A program made the translations under genes and the position numbers. The notes below the pieces were generated by a model. That model made no database searches and had not been told where the DNA came from. It saw nothing but the letters and a program-made list of their open reading frames with translations. A stretch of DNA of 24,000 nucleotides from Bacillota bacterium (GTDB lineage Bacteria; Bacillota; Clostridia; Christensenellales; Aristaeellaceae): NCBI GenBank assembly GCA_023413135.1, contig JAEZQK010000061.1:25265-49264 (forward strand), written 5' to 3'. This document shows, in pieces, positions 10,102 through 18,427 of this stretch; positions within the stretch are counted from its first letter, which is position 1; the number at the start of each line of letters is the position of its first letter.

Positions 10102-10676
10102 AGTATATTGCAAATGACCGCCCGATGTCCCGCCGCGCCTGTGCTATTTACAAGAGGGCAGCGCATAAGGGGCACATACCGCAATTGTTCCTCCACCCGG
10201 CAGCTTTCAAACAGGGTGATTTCCTCCACCTGCTGGCTTGCGGGAGCCACAGGGATCATGGAGAGTGATACGGGATCCAGCCGTGCCTGCCGTGCCAGGG
10301 TGATGTGGGGATGAAAAGCCCCGTCCTCCAGCCGGAACCCTGCCCGAATCAGCCTTTCCTTCAGATCACTTGCCAATCGTTCCAAAGGCGGCGATTTTGC
10401 AAGGCCGCAAAAAAGCACGGCATCCTGTGGCCGCCGGAAAAAGGAGAGGCCTGTAAGCATTATGGAAAAAGGATCAATCTGCCCCGCTGCGTCTTTCATG
10501 GCTTTTTCTATGAGCAGGACGGCCGCCGTATCCGCCTGGCCAATGAATTGAAGGGTGCAGTGATAGTTGTCCCGCACCGCGTACCGCCCCGGGAACAGCT
10601 CTTGCGCCTGAAGCGCAGCTGCTGACAGCGAGTCTTTCATTCCCCGGTCAAGGCCTATGCCGACAAACACCCGCAT
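10098..10676 (-). CDS. thpR: RNA 2',3'-cyclic phosphodiesterase (2H/LigT family)
   Basis: MRVFVGIGLDRGMKDSL...; two HxTx-type motifs: NYHCTLQFIG and HPHITLAR. Confidence 0.9.
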   Translation of the reverse strand: MRVFVGIGLDRGMKDSLSAAALQAQELFPGRYAVRDNYHCTLQFIGQADTAAVLLIEKAMKDAAGQIDPFSIMLTGLSFFRRPQDAVLFCGLAKSPPLERLASDLKERLIRAGFRLEDGAFHPHITLARQARLDPVSLSMIPVAPASQQVEEITLFESCRVEEQLRYVPLMRCPLVNSTGAAGHRAVICNIL

Positions 10677-10827
10677 GCAGTTTTTCCTCCCATCGTTTCC
10701 AGCATAGGCATATTTTGCCCGTCTGTCAATGCACAGCCGCAAGATTTTTGTTGACAGGCCGCCTTTGCGGGTGTATCAATGTACTGGATGGCCGCGAACA
10801 GAATATGATGCCGGGGAGGAAAACAAT

Positions 10828-11139
10828 ATGGAACGCTTTGCATGGAAAGCTATCGTGCTTGAGGGGATGCTGGAAGAATACAGGCGCCGCCACGATGAGA
10901 TTTGGCCCGAGATGACGGCTCTATTAAACGAGGCAGGCATCCATAATTATACGATCTGGAACGTAGGCAATGAGCTTTTCGGCTATTATGAATGCGAAAG
11001 CATCGAACGTGCCAACCAGGTGCAGGCTCAAAGCGGCGTGGTCAAACGTTGGAACGAATCCATGGCACCGCTGATGCGCATGGTGGCCGACGGAAGAAAA
11101 GGCGAAGGCGGCATGGTGCAGGTGTTTTATCATCCGTAA
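10828..11139 (+). CDS. rhaM: L-rhamnose mutarotase family protein
   Basis: 103 aa. MERFAWKAIVLEGMLEEYRRRHDEIWPEMTALLNEAGIHNYTIW...LFGYYECE, matching the RhaM/DUF718 pattern. RBS GGGGAGGA upstream. Confidence 0.88.
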   Translation: MERFAWKAIVLEGMLEEYRRRHDEIWPEMTALLNEAGIHNYTIWNVGNELFGYYECESIERANQVQAQSGVVKRWNESMAPLMRMVADGRKGEGGMVQVFYHP

Positions 11140-11152
11140 TACGTAGAAAGCG

Positions 11153-11172
11153 CCTGCCATTTGGCAGGCGTT
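11153..11172. terminator. Perfect hairpin after rhaM, poor U-tract
   Basis: CGCCTGCCA-tt-TGGCAGGCG; no long T run, so termination is uncertain. Confidence 0.45.
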
Positions 11173-11196
11173 CATGCCACCTTGGTCATTTTTGCG

Positions 11197-11787
11197 TCAC
11201 TCTGACGAAGCAGCCTGATGGCGGAACACTGGGGATAAGTAAACATCCGTGCGTAAGCCAGTAGTCTTAGTTATCCTTGTCACTCGCAATAATTTCAAGG
11301 TAGACTGACCGTTTCTATACATAGATTCTTCATGTGGAACGAAAATGCTTGCTGGACATACAATGCCTTCTGTATCCCCATTCAAAAACAGATACGTGTT
11401 ACCATAATGGAACTGCTTTATAATGATATATTTTGCATTAATCCGGGAACCACGCACGATGTTAGGATTAAATTGGATCACAAAGTCACATGACTCTATC
11501 ATTTCTTCAATTCTTAGGATGCACTGTAACCTTTCAAAAATAAGAGTAGCGCGTTTCGATTTTTCTATAAGCGCATCGGTTATACTTCCGGAATCTATAT
11601 GGGTAAATATGTCAGACCTGTTTCTAAAGGTTTGAATAGTGTCCGCATAGTGAAAACCGGCCAAATGATAAAAATCATCAAGACAAAAGCTAATGACAAA
11701 CTGGAACAGCTTTGATTTCCTACCTGCCACTATCTCGTATTCATAATTAGTGAGACGCCTGTAGGCTTTAACACTCTCGTCCAGCAT
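11197..11787 (-). CDS. PBECR4-like protein (phage-Barnase-EndoU-ColicinE5/D-RelE-like nuclease family 4), candidate toxin
   Basis: Likely start MLDESVKAYRRLTN at 11787 with RBS AAAGGAG (the longer TTG start at 11808 is less likely). Pattern FCLDDFYHLAGFHYADTIQTF...GSITDALIEKSKRATLIFERLQCILRIEEMIESCDFVIQFN...INAKYIIIK...TYLFLNGD...TLKLLRVTRITKTTG resembles PBECR4 proteins from memory. Confidence 0.68.
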   Translation of the reverse strand: MLDESVKAYRRLTNYEYEIVAGRKSKLFQFVISFCLDDFYHLAGFHYADTIQTFRNRSDIFTHIDSGSITDALIEKSKRATLIFERLQCILRIEEMIESCDFVIQFNPNIVRGSRINAKYIIIKQFHYGNTYLFLNGDTEGIVCPASIFVPHEESMYRNGQSTLKLLRVTRITKTTGLRTDVYLSPVFRHQAASSE

Positions 11788-11810
11788 ATAAACCAGACTC
11801 CTTTGCAAAT

Positions 11811-11840
11811 AAAAAACATGGACGCTTTTATACGTCCATG
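11811..11840 (-). terminator. Intrinsic terminator between the structured leader RNA and the PBECR4-like gene
   Basis: Minus strand CATGGACG-tataaaag-CGTCCATG-TTTTTT; perfect 8 bp stem with U tract. Confidence 0.85.
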
Positions 11841-11991
11841 CTGCGCATTTTCTTTCGGCGTTTCCGCCTATTCAAGTTGTGGTTGTTGCGCAACCCCCCG
11901 AGAGCTCCGTGTGCACTGCGACTTGAAACAGAAACACACTTCAGCGCTCAAGATGGACTCAAGATCCATCTGGCATTTATCTTTGCCGCCA
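11811..11991 (-). ncRNA. Predicted ~180-nt structured RNA with possible pseudoknot, bounded by its own promoter and terminator
   Basis: Stems visible by complementarity (plus coordinates): 11951-11957/11965-11971; 11946-11949/11902-11905 continuing 11935-11939/11909-11913; 11881-11885/1191-95 i.e. 11891-11895 (GGTTG/CAACC); 11857-11860/11865-11868 with GAAA tetraloop; 7-bp long-range pairing 11921-11927/11871-11877 crossing the second stem. Confidence 0.6.
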
Positions 11992-11996
11992 CTAGT

Positions 11997-12025
11997 ATTA
12001 TATTTCAAGACACAAAATATGTCAA
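11997..12025 (-). promoter_or_regulatory. Consensus sigma70-type promoter for the structured RNA
   Basis: Minus strand TTGACA (12020-12025), 17 bp, TATAAT (11997-12002): both hexamers perfect. Confidence 0.85.
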
Positions 12026-12039
12026 GAAATATCTGGGAT

Positions 12040-12351
12040 CTATTTGCTTGTTTCCCCAAACAGCTCGTCAACGATCTCCTTTGCGTTAGAAATATGTGAA
12101 AACGGAACATAAAACCGGTACCGTTCAAACGCGGGGCCTGTTCTCATGGCCAATCCCGCCCCCAATACGGGTTTATTCGTAAAAGGGATATTTTTTTGAT
12201 TTAGGACGTCTTCCAGCATTCCGGCCCAAATCGTTTCCTTCTCTGTAAGAAAGCAGAAATCGCCATCCTCCGGTGCCTTCAGATCCCTTCCTCCACATGC
12301 CGGACAAACATCTTCTTGAGACAACAACATGCATTTTTCACAATAATACAT
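12040..12351 (-). CDS. Small zinc-ribbon protein with DUF2007-like C-terminus
   Basis: 103 aa. MYYCEKCMLLSQEDVCPACGG (CxxC...CxxC), then MLEDVLNQKNIPFTNKPVLG...FERYRFYVPFSHISNAKEIVDELFG. RBS AAAGGAG 7 nt before ATG. Confidence 0.72.
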   Translation of the reverse strand: MYYCEKCMLLSQEDVCPACGGRDLKAPEDGDFCFLTEKETIWAGMLEDVLNQKNIPFTNKPVLGAGLAMRTGPAFERYRFYVPFSHISNAKEIVDELFGETSK

Positions 12352-12449
12352 AAGTAATCTCCTTTCTGTCGCAACGTTCTTAATGTGAGACTAGAAAGTC
12401 TATGTTCAAACCCCAGCTTTATTCAGGTATAATTTTACAGCAAAAAAAG

Positions 12450-12508
12450 AAAAAAAGCAAATTAAAACCTGACGCGTACCGCCCGCTTTATGCAGCGCCC
12501 GCGTCAGG
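12450..12508 (-). terminator. Probable intrinsic terminator of the opp operon
   Basis: Minus strand CCTGACGCG (12500-12508) ... CGCGTCAGG (12468-12476) followed by TTTTAATTTGCTTTTTTTC. Confidence 0.65.
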
Positions 12509-12585
12509 CAGTTGATCCCGCTGAAGGAATACTCATAATACAACGATGTGCGGTACCTTCCTGCCGCAGAATTGGGATGGTTAAT
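12459..12585 (-). pseudogene. Degenerate partial copy of the oppF 3' end
   Basis: HPNSAAGRYRTSLYYEYSFSGINCLTRALHKAGGTRQVL aligns with the intact OppF tail HPNPTVEKRRTSLHYDYATSGIDYLKGKFHLVEGTHRVL (about 18/39 identical). Confidence 0.78.
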
Positions 12586-12596
12586 GGATTGGTTTT

Positions 12597-13520
12597 CTAT
12601 AACCACTTTTGCAATTCATCATCTGTCGCCAATACCCGGTGGGTCCCCTCTACCAAATGGAACTTTCCCTTCAGATAGTCGATTCCGCTGGTAGCGTAAT
12701 CGTAATGCAGCGAGGTGCGGCGCTTTTCCACCGTAGGGTTCGGATGGGGTATGGCCGACAGCAGCGATTTGGTATAGGGATGAATGGGATTGCGGAAGAT
12801 TTCTTCCGTGGTGCCCGTTTCCACCATGTGCCCCAGGTGCAATACGCCAATGCGGTTGGAGATATACTTCACCATGGAAAGGTCGTGGGCAATAAACAAA
12901 AATGCCGTTTGGGTATCCTGCTGGATACTCTTCATGAGATTCACAACCTGGGCCTGAATGGACACATCCAAGGCACTGATGGGCTCATCCGCAATGATCA
13001 AGTCCGGATTCATGATCAGCGCCCTTGCGATGCCGATGCGCTGACGCTGGCCGCCGGAAAACTGGTGCGGATACCGGCTGGCATGCTCCTGGCTCAGGCC
13101 CACCTTATGGAGCATTTCGTATACCTTTTCTTCCCGCTCCTTGCGGCCGCTTAACAAGTGATGGATGTCCATGCCCTGGGCAATGATATCCAGAACCTTT
13201 TTGCGGGGGTTCAGGCATGCCATGGGATCCTGGAAAATCATCTGCATCTTGGTGTGCAAATAAGATTCATCCTGACTGGAAAGCTTCCCGGAGATATCAC
13301 GCCCGCCGAAGGTGACCTTCCCGTCTGTGGGATCATATAACCGTATGATGGTGCGCCCGATGGTGCTTTTCCCACTTCCCGATTCTCCCACCAGTCCATA
13401 GATTTCGCCGGGATAAATGTCAAAGGAAACGTCGTCCACCGCCTTGACGGTAAACCGGCGGTTGATGCGGAAATACTGTTTCAGGTTGCGCACCGAAAGC
13501 AACGGTTTTCGCTCTGTCAT
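12597..13520 (-). CDS. oppF: Oligopeptide/dipeptide ABC transporter ATP-binding protein (OppF-like)
   Basis: [18 protein letters not shown] (Walker A), HQFSGGQRQRIGIARAL (signature), LIIADEPISALD (Walker B), and OppF-type C-terminal tail. Confidence 0.93.
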   Translation of the reverse strand: MTERKPLLSVRNLKQYFRINRRFTVKAVDDVSFDIYPGEIYGLVGESGSGKSTIGRTIIRLYDPTDGKVTFGGRDISGKLSSQDESYLHTKMQMIFQDPMACLNPRKKVLDIIAQGMDIHHLLSGRKEREEKVYEMLHKVGLSQEHASRYPHQFSGGQRQRIGIARALIMNPDLIIADEPISALDVSIQAQVVNLMKSIQQDTQTAFLFIAHDLSMVKYISNRIGVLHLGHMVETGTTEEIFRNPIHPYTKSLLSAIPHPNPTVEKRRTSLHYDYATSGIDYLKGKFHLVEGTHRVLATDDELQKWL

Positions 13521-14588
13521 TTATTCCGCCTCCTTTAGCAGCCGCCGCATCCTGTCCCGAAGCTCTATGGGCATATCCACCTTGGGCGCATTTTCATGCA
13601 ACAGCCAGGTAGCGGCATAATGGGTATCGGTGATTTTGAACATGGGCGGCTCCTGGCGGTAATCGATGTTCAGCGCGTAGATGTTCCGGGGCGCGTAGGC
13701 ATCCCCGTCCACATGATGCAGAAGGTTGGGCGGATTGCCTGGGATGGTGTAAAGCCTCTCGTCCCTGGTATCCAGGTCGGGCATGGAAGACAGAAGCCCC
13801 CATGTATAAGGATGCCTTGGATCGTAGAATATTTCTTCTACGGTTCCTTTTTCCACAATCTTGCCGGCGTACATCACCGCCACGTCGTCGGCCACCTTGG
13901 CTACCACGCCCAAGTCGTGGGTAATGTAGATGACCGAAATGCCAAGCTTCTTCTGAAGTTCGGCAATCAGTTCCAAAATCTTTGCCTGTATGGTCACATC
14001 CAGTGCCGTAGTGGGTTCGTCACAGATCAGTATCTCCGGTTCGCAGGCCAGCGCAATGGCGATCACCACACGCTGGCGCATGCCGCCGGATAATTGATGC
14101 GGGTAACTTTTCATGCGTTTTTCCGCTTCGGGTATGTTCACCAGATTCAAAAGGTTGACGGCTTTCTTCCATGCCTCCGCTTTGGAGACCTTGTAGTGGT
14201 AGCGCATTCCCTCCATGATCTGGGCCCCCACGGTCATGGTGGGGTTTAAGGATGTCATGGGATCCTGGAATACCATGGCAATCTTCGTGCCGTTGATCTC
14301 CCGGCGGATCTGTTTGTGGGGCATTTTCAAAAGATCAACGGTAACCGGCTTACCATCCTTTTGATAGGTGTAGGCAATGGCGCCGGAATTGATTTTTCCG
14401 TTGGAGGACAATATGCCCATGATGGCCTTGACGGTAACGGATTTGCCGCTGCCCGATTCCCCCACAATGGCCAGTGTCTTGCCCTTTTTCAAATCCAGGT
14501 TGACGCCCCGGATGGCATTTACCGTGCCGGCGGAGGTGGTGAAGGAAACGGAAAAATCCCGGATGGACAATATATTTTCTTTTTCCAT
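13521..14588 (-). CDS. oppD: Oligopeptide/dipeptide ABC transporter ATP-binding protein (OppD-like)
   Basis: Start [16 protein letters not shown] at 14588. [56 protein letters not shown] tail. Confidence 0.93.
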   Translation of the reverse strand: MEKENILSIRDFSVSFTTSAGTVNAIRGVNLDLKKGKTLAIVGESGSGKSVTVKAIMGILSSNGKINSGAIAYTYQKDGKPVTVDLLKMPHKQIRREINGTKIAMVFQDPMTSLNPTMTVGAQIMEGMRYHYKVSKAEAWKKAVNLLNLVNIPEAEKRMKSYPHQLSGGMRQRVVIAIALACEPEILICDEPTTALDVTIQAKILELIAELQKKLGISVIYITHDLGVVAKVADDVAVMYAGKIVEKGTVEEIFYDPRHPYTWGLLSSMPDLDTRDERLYTIPGNPPNLLHHVDGDAYAPRNIYALNIDYRQEPPMFKITDTHYAATWLLHENAPKVDMPIELRDRMRRLLKEAE

Positions 14589-14599
14589 GCTCCTCCTCC

Positions 14600-15646
14600 T
14601 CACATTTCCTTCATTTTGGGGTCAAAGGCGTCCCGCAGACCGTCTGCCAACAGGTTGAAGGACAGCATGATGATGCCCAGTACCACCACAGGGAAGATGA
14701 TCATATACGGATGGGTGGTAAAAGACTTGAACGCCTCGCTGATCAAAGAGCCCAAAGAAGCCAGGGGCTGGGGCACGCCCAGGCCCACAAAGGCCAGGAA
14801 CGCCTCGGTAAAGATGGCGTTGGGGATGGAGAACATGGACATGATGATCAACTGTCCAAATACGTTGGGCAATATTTCCCTGAAGATAATATAAAAGTTC
14901 TTGGCCCCAAGCGTCTTGGATGCCAGCACAAACTCCTGTTCCTTGAGCTTTAGCACCTGTGCCCTGGCAATGCGGCTCATGCCGATCCAGCCGGTGATCA
15001 TCAGGGAAAAAGTGATGGTAATCAGGCCGGGCTTTAAAACCAGTATCAAAAGCGTTACGATGACAAGGTTGGGGATGCCGTTTAAAATCTCCACAAACCG
15101 CTGCATGGCGGCATCCACCTTGCCGCCGAAATAGCCGGATATCAGGCCATAGCTCAGGCCAAAGAGCATATCCACCAGCACGGCCACCAGCGCAATGTAC
15201 AGGGAGATACGGGTCCCCTCCCAGGTCCTCGTAAACAGGTCCCGGCCCAGGGTATCGGTGCCGAACCAGTAATATACATTCTCCAGCCCGGTGGCCTTTG
15301 TTTCGCTGACATACTTGTTCACTTCTTTGGTGCCGGTGGAGGTGCGCAGTTCTTCCGATCCGTCAAATATGCCAAGCTTCTCCAGCCCCTGCACCCTGGG
15401 GGCCAAATTTTGATGCTTGATGATCTGCGCGTCGTAGGTACGCCCGCTCAGGCCCGGCCCGATGACAGCCAGCAGCGCCACCAGCAGAATGCAGCACAGA
15501 CCTATAACGGCACCCTTATTTTTGCGGAATCTCGCGAAAATGTCCTTCCAGTAAGGCTGGCTGGCAAAGGTCTCATCCACAAAATCATCATGGGTGTTGC
15601 CCCGCAGCTGAAAGTCATCCTCCCGGAATACAGGCATGTCAGGCAT
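14600..15646 (-). CDS. oppC: Oligopeptide/dipeptide ABC transporter permease (OppC-like)
   Basis: Start MPDMPVFREDDF at 15646 with RBS AAAGGAGG. Binding-protein-dependent permease EAA-type loop ASKTLGAKNFYIIFREILPN. Confidence 0.92.
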   Translation of the reverse strand: MPDMPVFREDDFQLRGNTHDDFVDETFASQPYWKDIFARFRKNKGAVIGLCCILLVALLAVIGPGLSGRTYDAQIIKHQNLAPRVQGLEKLGIFDGSEELRTSTGTKEVNKYVSETKATGLENVYYWFGTDTLGRDLFTRTWEGTRISLYIALVAVLVDMLFGLSYGLISGYFGGKVDAAMQRFVEILNGIPNLVIVTLLILVLKPGLITITFSLMITGWIGMSRIARAQVLKLKEQEFVLASKTLGAKNFYIIFREILPNVFGQLIIMSMFSIPNAIFTEAFLAFVGLGVPQPLASLGSLISEAFKSFTTHPYMIIFPVVVLGIIMLSFNLLADGLRDAFDPKMKEM

Positions 15647-16580
15647 GTTTGGCCTCCTTTGCAAGGCGGATACGGGGGTCGATCACGCCGTAAAGAATAT
15701 CCACCACAAGCATGATGAAGATATACAGGGCGCTGTATATAAACGCCAAGGATACGATGACGTTATAATCGTTGGATTGAATGGCTGTCACCAAGAGACT
15801 GCCGATACCGGGTATGGAGAAAATCTTTTCCACCACCAGGGAGCCCGTCATCAGGCCTACCACCAGGGGGGCCAGGACGGTAATAATGGGGATCAGCGCA
15901 TTGCGCAGCGCATGGCGGAAAATAAGGCGGAAGCCGGATATGCCCTTGGACTGGGCCAATAGCATATAATCGGAGCCCAGCACCTCCAGCATCTCGGTTC
16001 TGGTAAACCTGGCTACCGTAGCAATGGTAAACATGCTTAAAGAAATGGTAGGCAGCACGGAGGAATGCAGCGCATTTTCCGCCTGATACAAAAGGGGGAA
16101 CCATTGCAGCTGATACCCCAGGCTATAGCTTAAAGCAAGTGCAAATACATAGGAAGGCAGGCTGACGCCCAGTACCGATATCACGGTCGTCAGCGTATCC
16201 CAAATGGTGTTGTGCTTGAGGGCTGCCACAATACCCAACACCAACCCGATCAGCGTACCCAGCAATACAGCCTGGCCGCCGATGCGGAGCGAAGTGGGAA
16301 GCCGCGACGCAAGGAGCTGGGTGATGGGCGTATTTTTGGAAATGGTATAGCTCACGCCGAAATCGCCCGTGACCATGTGACCTACATACCGGAAAAAGCG
16401 AATGAATACCGGCTGGTCCAGCCCGTATTTGGCGTTAATTATGACACGCTGCGATTCGGTCAGCTTCTCATCATTGAAAGGGGAGCCGGGCATCACCTCC
16501 AGCATGAGGAATAGAATCAAAAGGATGGCCAAAAGTATGACCACCGACATGCCCAAACGTTTGAGTATATATTTTTTCAC
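15639..16580 (-). CDS. oppB: Oligopeptide/dipeptide ABC transporter permease (OppB-like)
   Basis: KKYILKRLGMSVVILLAILLILF...YVGHMVTGDFGVSY...AQSKGISGFRLIFRHALRNALIPIIT. GTG start at 16580 (or 16586), RBS GGGGGGAG. Confidence 0.92.
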   Translation of the reverse strand: MKKYILKRLGMSVVILLAILLILFLMLEVMPGSPFNDEKLTESQRVIINAKYGLDQPVFIRFFRYVGHMVTGDFGVSYTISKNTPITQLLASRLPTSLRIGGQAVLLGTLIGLVLGIVAALKHNTIWDTLTTVISVLGVSLPSYVFALALSYSLGYQLQWFPLLYQAENALHSSVLPTISLSMFTIATVARFTRTEMLEVLGSDYMLLAQSKGISGFRLIFRHALRNALIPIITVLAPLVVGLMTGSLVVEKIFSIPGIGSLLVTAIQSNDYNVIVSLAFIYSALYIFIMLVVDILYGVIDPRIRLAKEAKHA

Positions 16581-16671
16581 CGGCACTCCCCCCAGAAATA
16601 CACGACAGCGGCGCAGGGGAAACCGTCTGCGCCACTGCCGTGCTTTTTCCCCTCAGGCTACAGCCTGACGG

Positions 16672-18291
16672 TTATTTTTTGACGACGTTCTTGTAGATGC
16701 GGTTGATGCCCACGGAATGGAATTCAATGCCCTCCACGCCGGCTTTGATCATTTCGGCGTTGCCCTTCTGGTACACGGGCCAGATGACGGCTTCATCCAT
16801 AACGATCTTCTCGGCGCCCTTCAAGGCTTCCCAGCGGGCAACAACGTCCAGGGCCAGTTCGCCCTTCTTGGCGGACTCGATGACGGCGTCATATTCGGGA
16901 TTGCTCCAGAAGCCGTAGTTGTTGGGGCTGCCGGTGGTCCACATATCCAGGTAGGTCATGGGATCGGCATAGTCCGGGCCCCAACGGGTGAGGCCAAGCT
17001 CGAAGTCGCCATCTTGCATGCGCTCCACGCGGTTCTTTTTGGGCATGGTCAACAGCTCGATGGTGATGCCGGGCAGGTTGGTCTGGATCTCAGCTTGGAT
17101 GAACTGTGCCACGTTGATGGCGGACTCGGTGTCTTCCACCACCATGGAGTACTTGAGCTCGCTGACACCAAGCTCTGCCTTGGCTTCTTCCCAAAGCTTC
17201 TGGGCTTCTTCCTTGTTGGTCGCAAGATAAGGTCCGCCGGCGGTCTCGCGGTAGTCCTTACCGTCGGGGCCGGTAGCCAACAGGGTGGGCACGGCAAAAT
17301 CAGCCACGATGGAGCCATCCTTGAGGATGATATCCGTCACGGCAGACTTGTCAAAGGACATGGCCATGGCCTGGCGGAGCTTGGCGTTCTCCAGGCCCTT
17401 TACCTTCTGGTTGGGGGAGATGTACCACAGATAGCCGGCCATAATGTTGTGGAACTCGGGATCGTCCTGGAACAGTTCCACCTGCTCACCGGAGAGGGTG
17501 GCAACATCCAGATCGCCGTTCTGGTAAGACAGCATAGCCTGCTGGGAATCCTTGATCACAAGGAACGTGATGCCGCCCAGCGATACTTTGTCGGCATCAT
17601 AATAGGTGGGGTTCTTCACAAGCTTGATGGTGGTGGCGGCGGGCTCATAGGCTTCCACAACGAAGGGGCCATTGGCCAGCAGCGTTTCGGGAGAAGTGGC
17701 ATACGTATCCCCGGCAGCAGTGAAGAAGGCTTCGTTCACCGGCAGGAAGGAGGGGAATGCCATCAGGGACTCAAAATAGGGCACGGGAACGTCCAGCTTG
17801 ACTTCCAGGGTCTTGTCGTCAACAGCCGTAACGCCCAGATCCGTCACGGGCTTTTCACCCTTGCTGATAGCGCCGGCGTTCACGAAACCGGCGATTTCGG
17901 CGATGAAGGCATACTCGCTGGCAACAGCGGGATCAACCAGCCGCCTCCAGGCGAACACGAAGTCATTGGCAGTCACGGGGGTGCCGTTGGACCAAGCCGC
18001 ATCCTTCAGCTTGAAGGTGTATGTCATGCCATCGGCGCTCTTTTCGGCAGATTCGGCCATTGCCAGAATGGGGCTGCCGGCTGCATCAATGGAATACAGG
18101 CCTTCGGTAATGGCGGCCTGCACTTCAAAAGAAGTACCGTCGGTTGCAATTTGGGGATCCATGGATGCAACTTCCACATCCAGGTGCACATTCAGAATGG
18201 GGCCCGCAGCTTCGGCCAGGGACACAGTGGGCACGCCCAAGAGCATCGCAGCGGCCAACAGGAGAACCAGCAGTTGTTTGCCCAGCTTCAT
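16672..18291 (-). CDS. oppA: Peptide ABC transporter substrate-binding protein (OppA-like, SBP_bac_5)
   Basis: Start MKLGKQLLVLLLAAAMLLGVPTVSLAEAAG at 18291; DPQIATDGTSFEVQAAITEGLYSIDAAG; TNDFVFAWRRLVDP-type segment TANDFVFAWRRLVDPAVASEYAF. Confidence 0.93.
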   Translation of the reverse strand: MKLGKQLLVLLLAAAMLLGVPTVSLAEAAGPILNVHLDVEVASMDPQIATDGTSFEVQAAITEGLYSIDAAGSPILAMAESAEKSADGMTYTFKLKDAAWSNGTPVTANDFVFAWRRLVDPAVASEYAFIAEIAGFVNAGAISKGEKPVTDLGVTAVDDKTLEVKLDVPVPYFESLMAFPSFLPVNEAFFTAAGDTYATSPETLLANGPFVVEAYEPAATTIKLVKNPTYYDADKVSLGGITFLVIKDSQQAMLSYQNGDLDVATLSGEQVELFQDDPEFHNIMAGYLWYISPNQKVKGLENAKLRQAMAMSFDKSAVTDIILKDGSIVADFAVPTLLATGPDGKDYRETAGGPYLATNKEEAQKLWEEAKAELGVSELKYSMVVEDTESAINVAQFIQAEIQTNLPGITIELLTMPKKNRVERMQDGDFELGLTRWGPDYADPMTYLDMWTTGSPNNYGFWSNPEYDAVIESAKKGELALDVVARWEALKGAEKIVMDEAVIWPVYQKGNAEMIKAGVEGIEFHSVGINRIYKNVVKK

Positions 18292-18399
18292 ATGGTCTGC
18301 CTCCTCGAATATTTCATCTCTCTCTATTTCATATTGCCGGCATTGGCGCTGGTCCAAGCAAGGACAGGCCTTTGCCCCTACAGAGAAATATGATATTTA

Positions 18400-18427
18400 A
18401 GTATACGTTATTTTGTGAAAATGTCAA
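18400..18427 (-). promoter_or_regulatory. Promoter of the opp operon
   Basis: Minus strand TTGACA (18422-18427), 16 bp, TATACT (18400-18405). Confidence 0.65.

Noticed and set aside
11811-11991. Leader RNA as a canonical ToxI-like array or CRISPR
   Set aside because: No ~36-nt tandem repeats and no spaced identical repeats; only a short 11-nt duplication.
11811-11991. Leader RNA as T-box, 6S RNA or SRP RNA
   Set aside because: No T-box core (AGGGTGGNACCGCG), no continuous rod with central bubble, and no SRP GGAA/GNAR tip motif seen; Rfam search would be decisive.
11803-12128. Small ORFs (98, 83 and 86 aa) across the PBECR4 leader region
   Set aside because: They overlap in both directions, lack RBS or family resemblance, and the region is better explained by promoter, RNA stems and terminator.
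16717-18393. Plus-strand 558 aa ORF opposite oppA
   Set aside because: Mirror ORF of oppA; composition (rich in G, H, V) typical of antisense reading, no domain signature.
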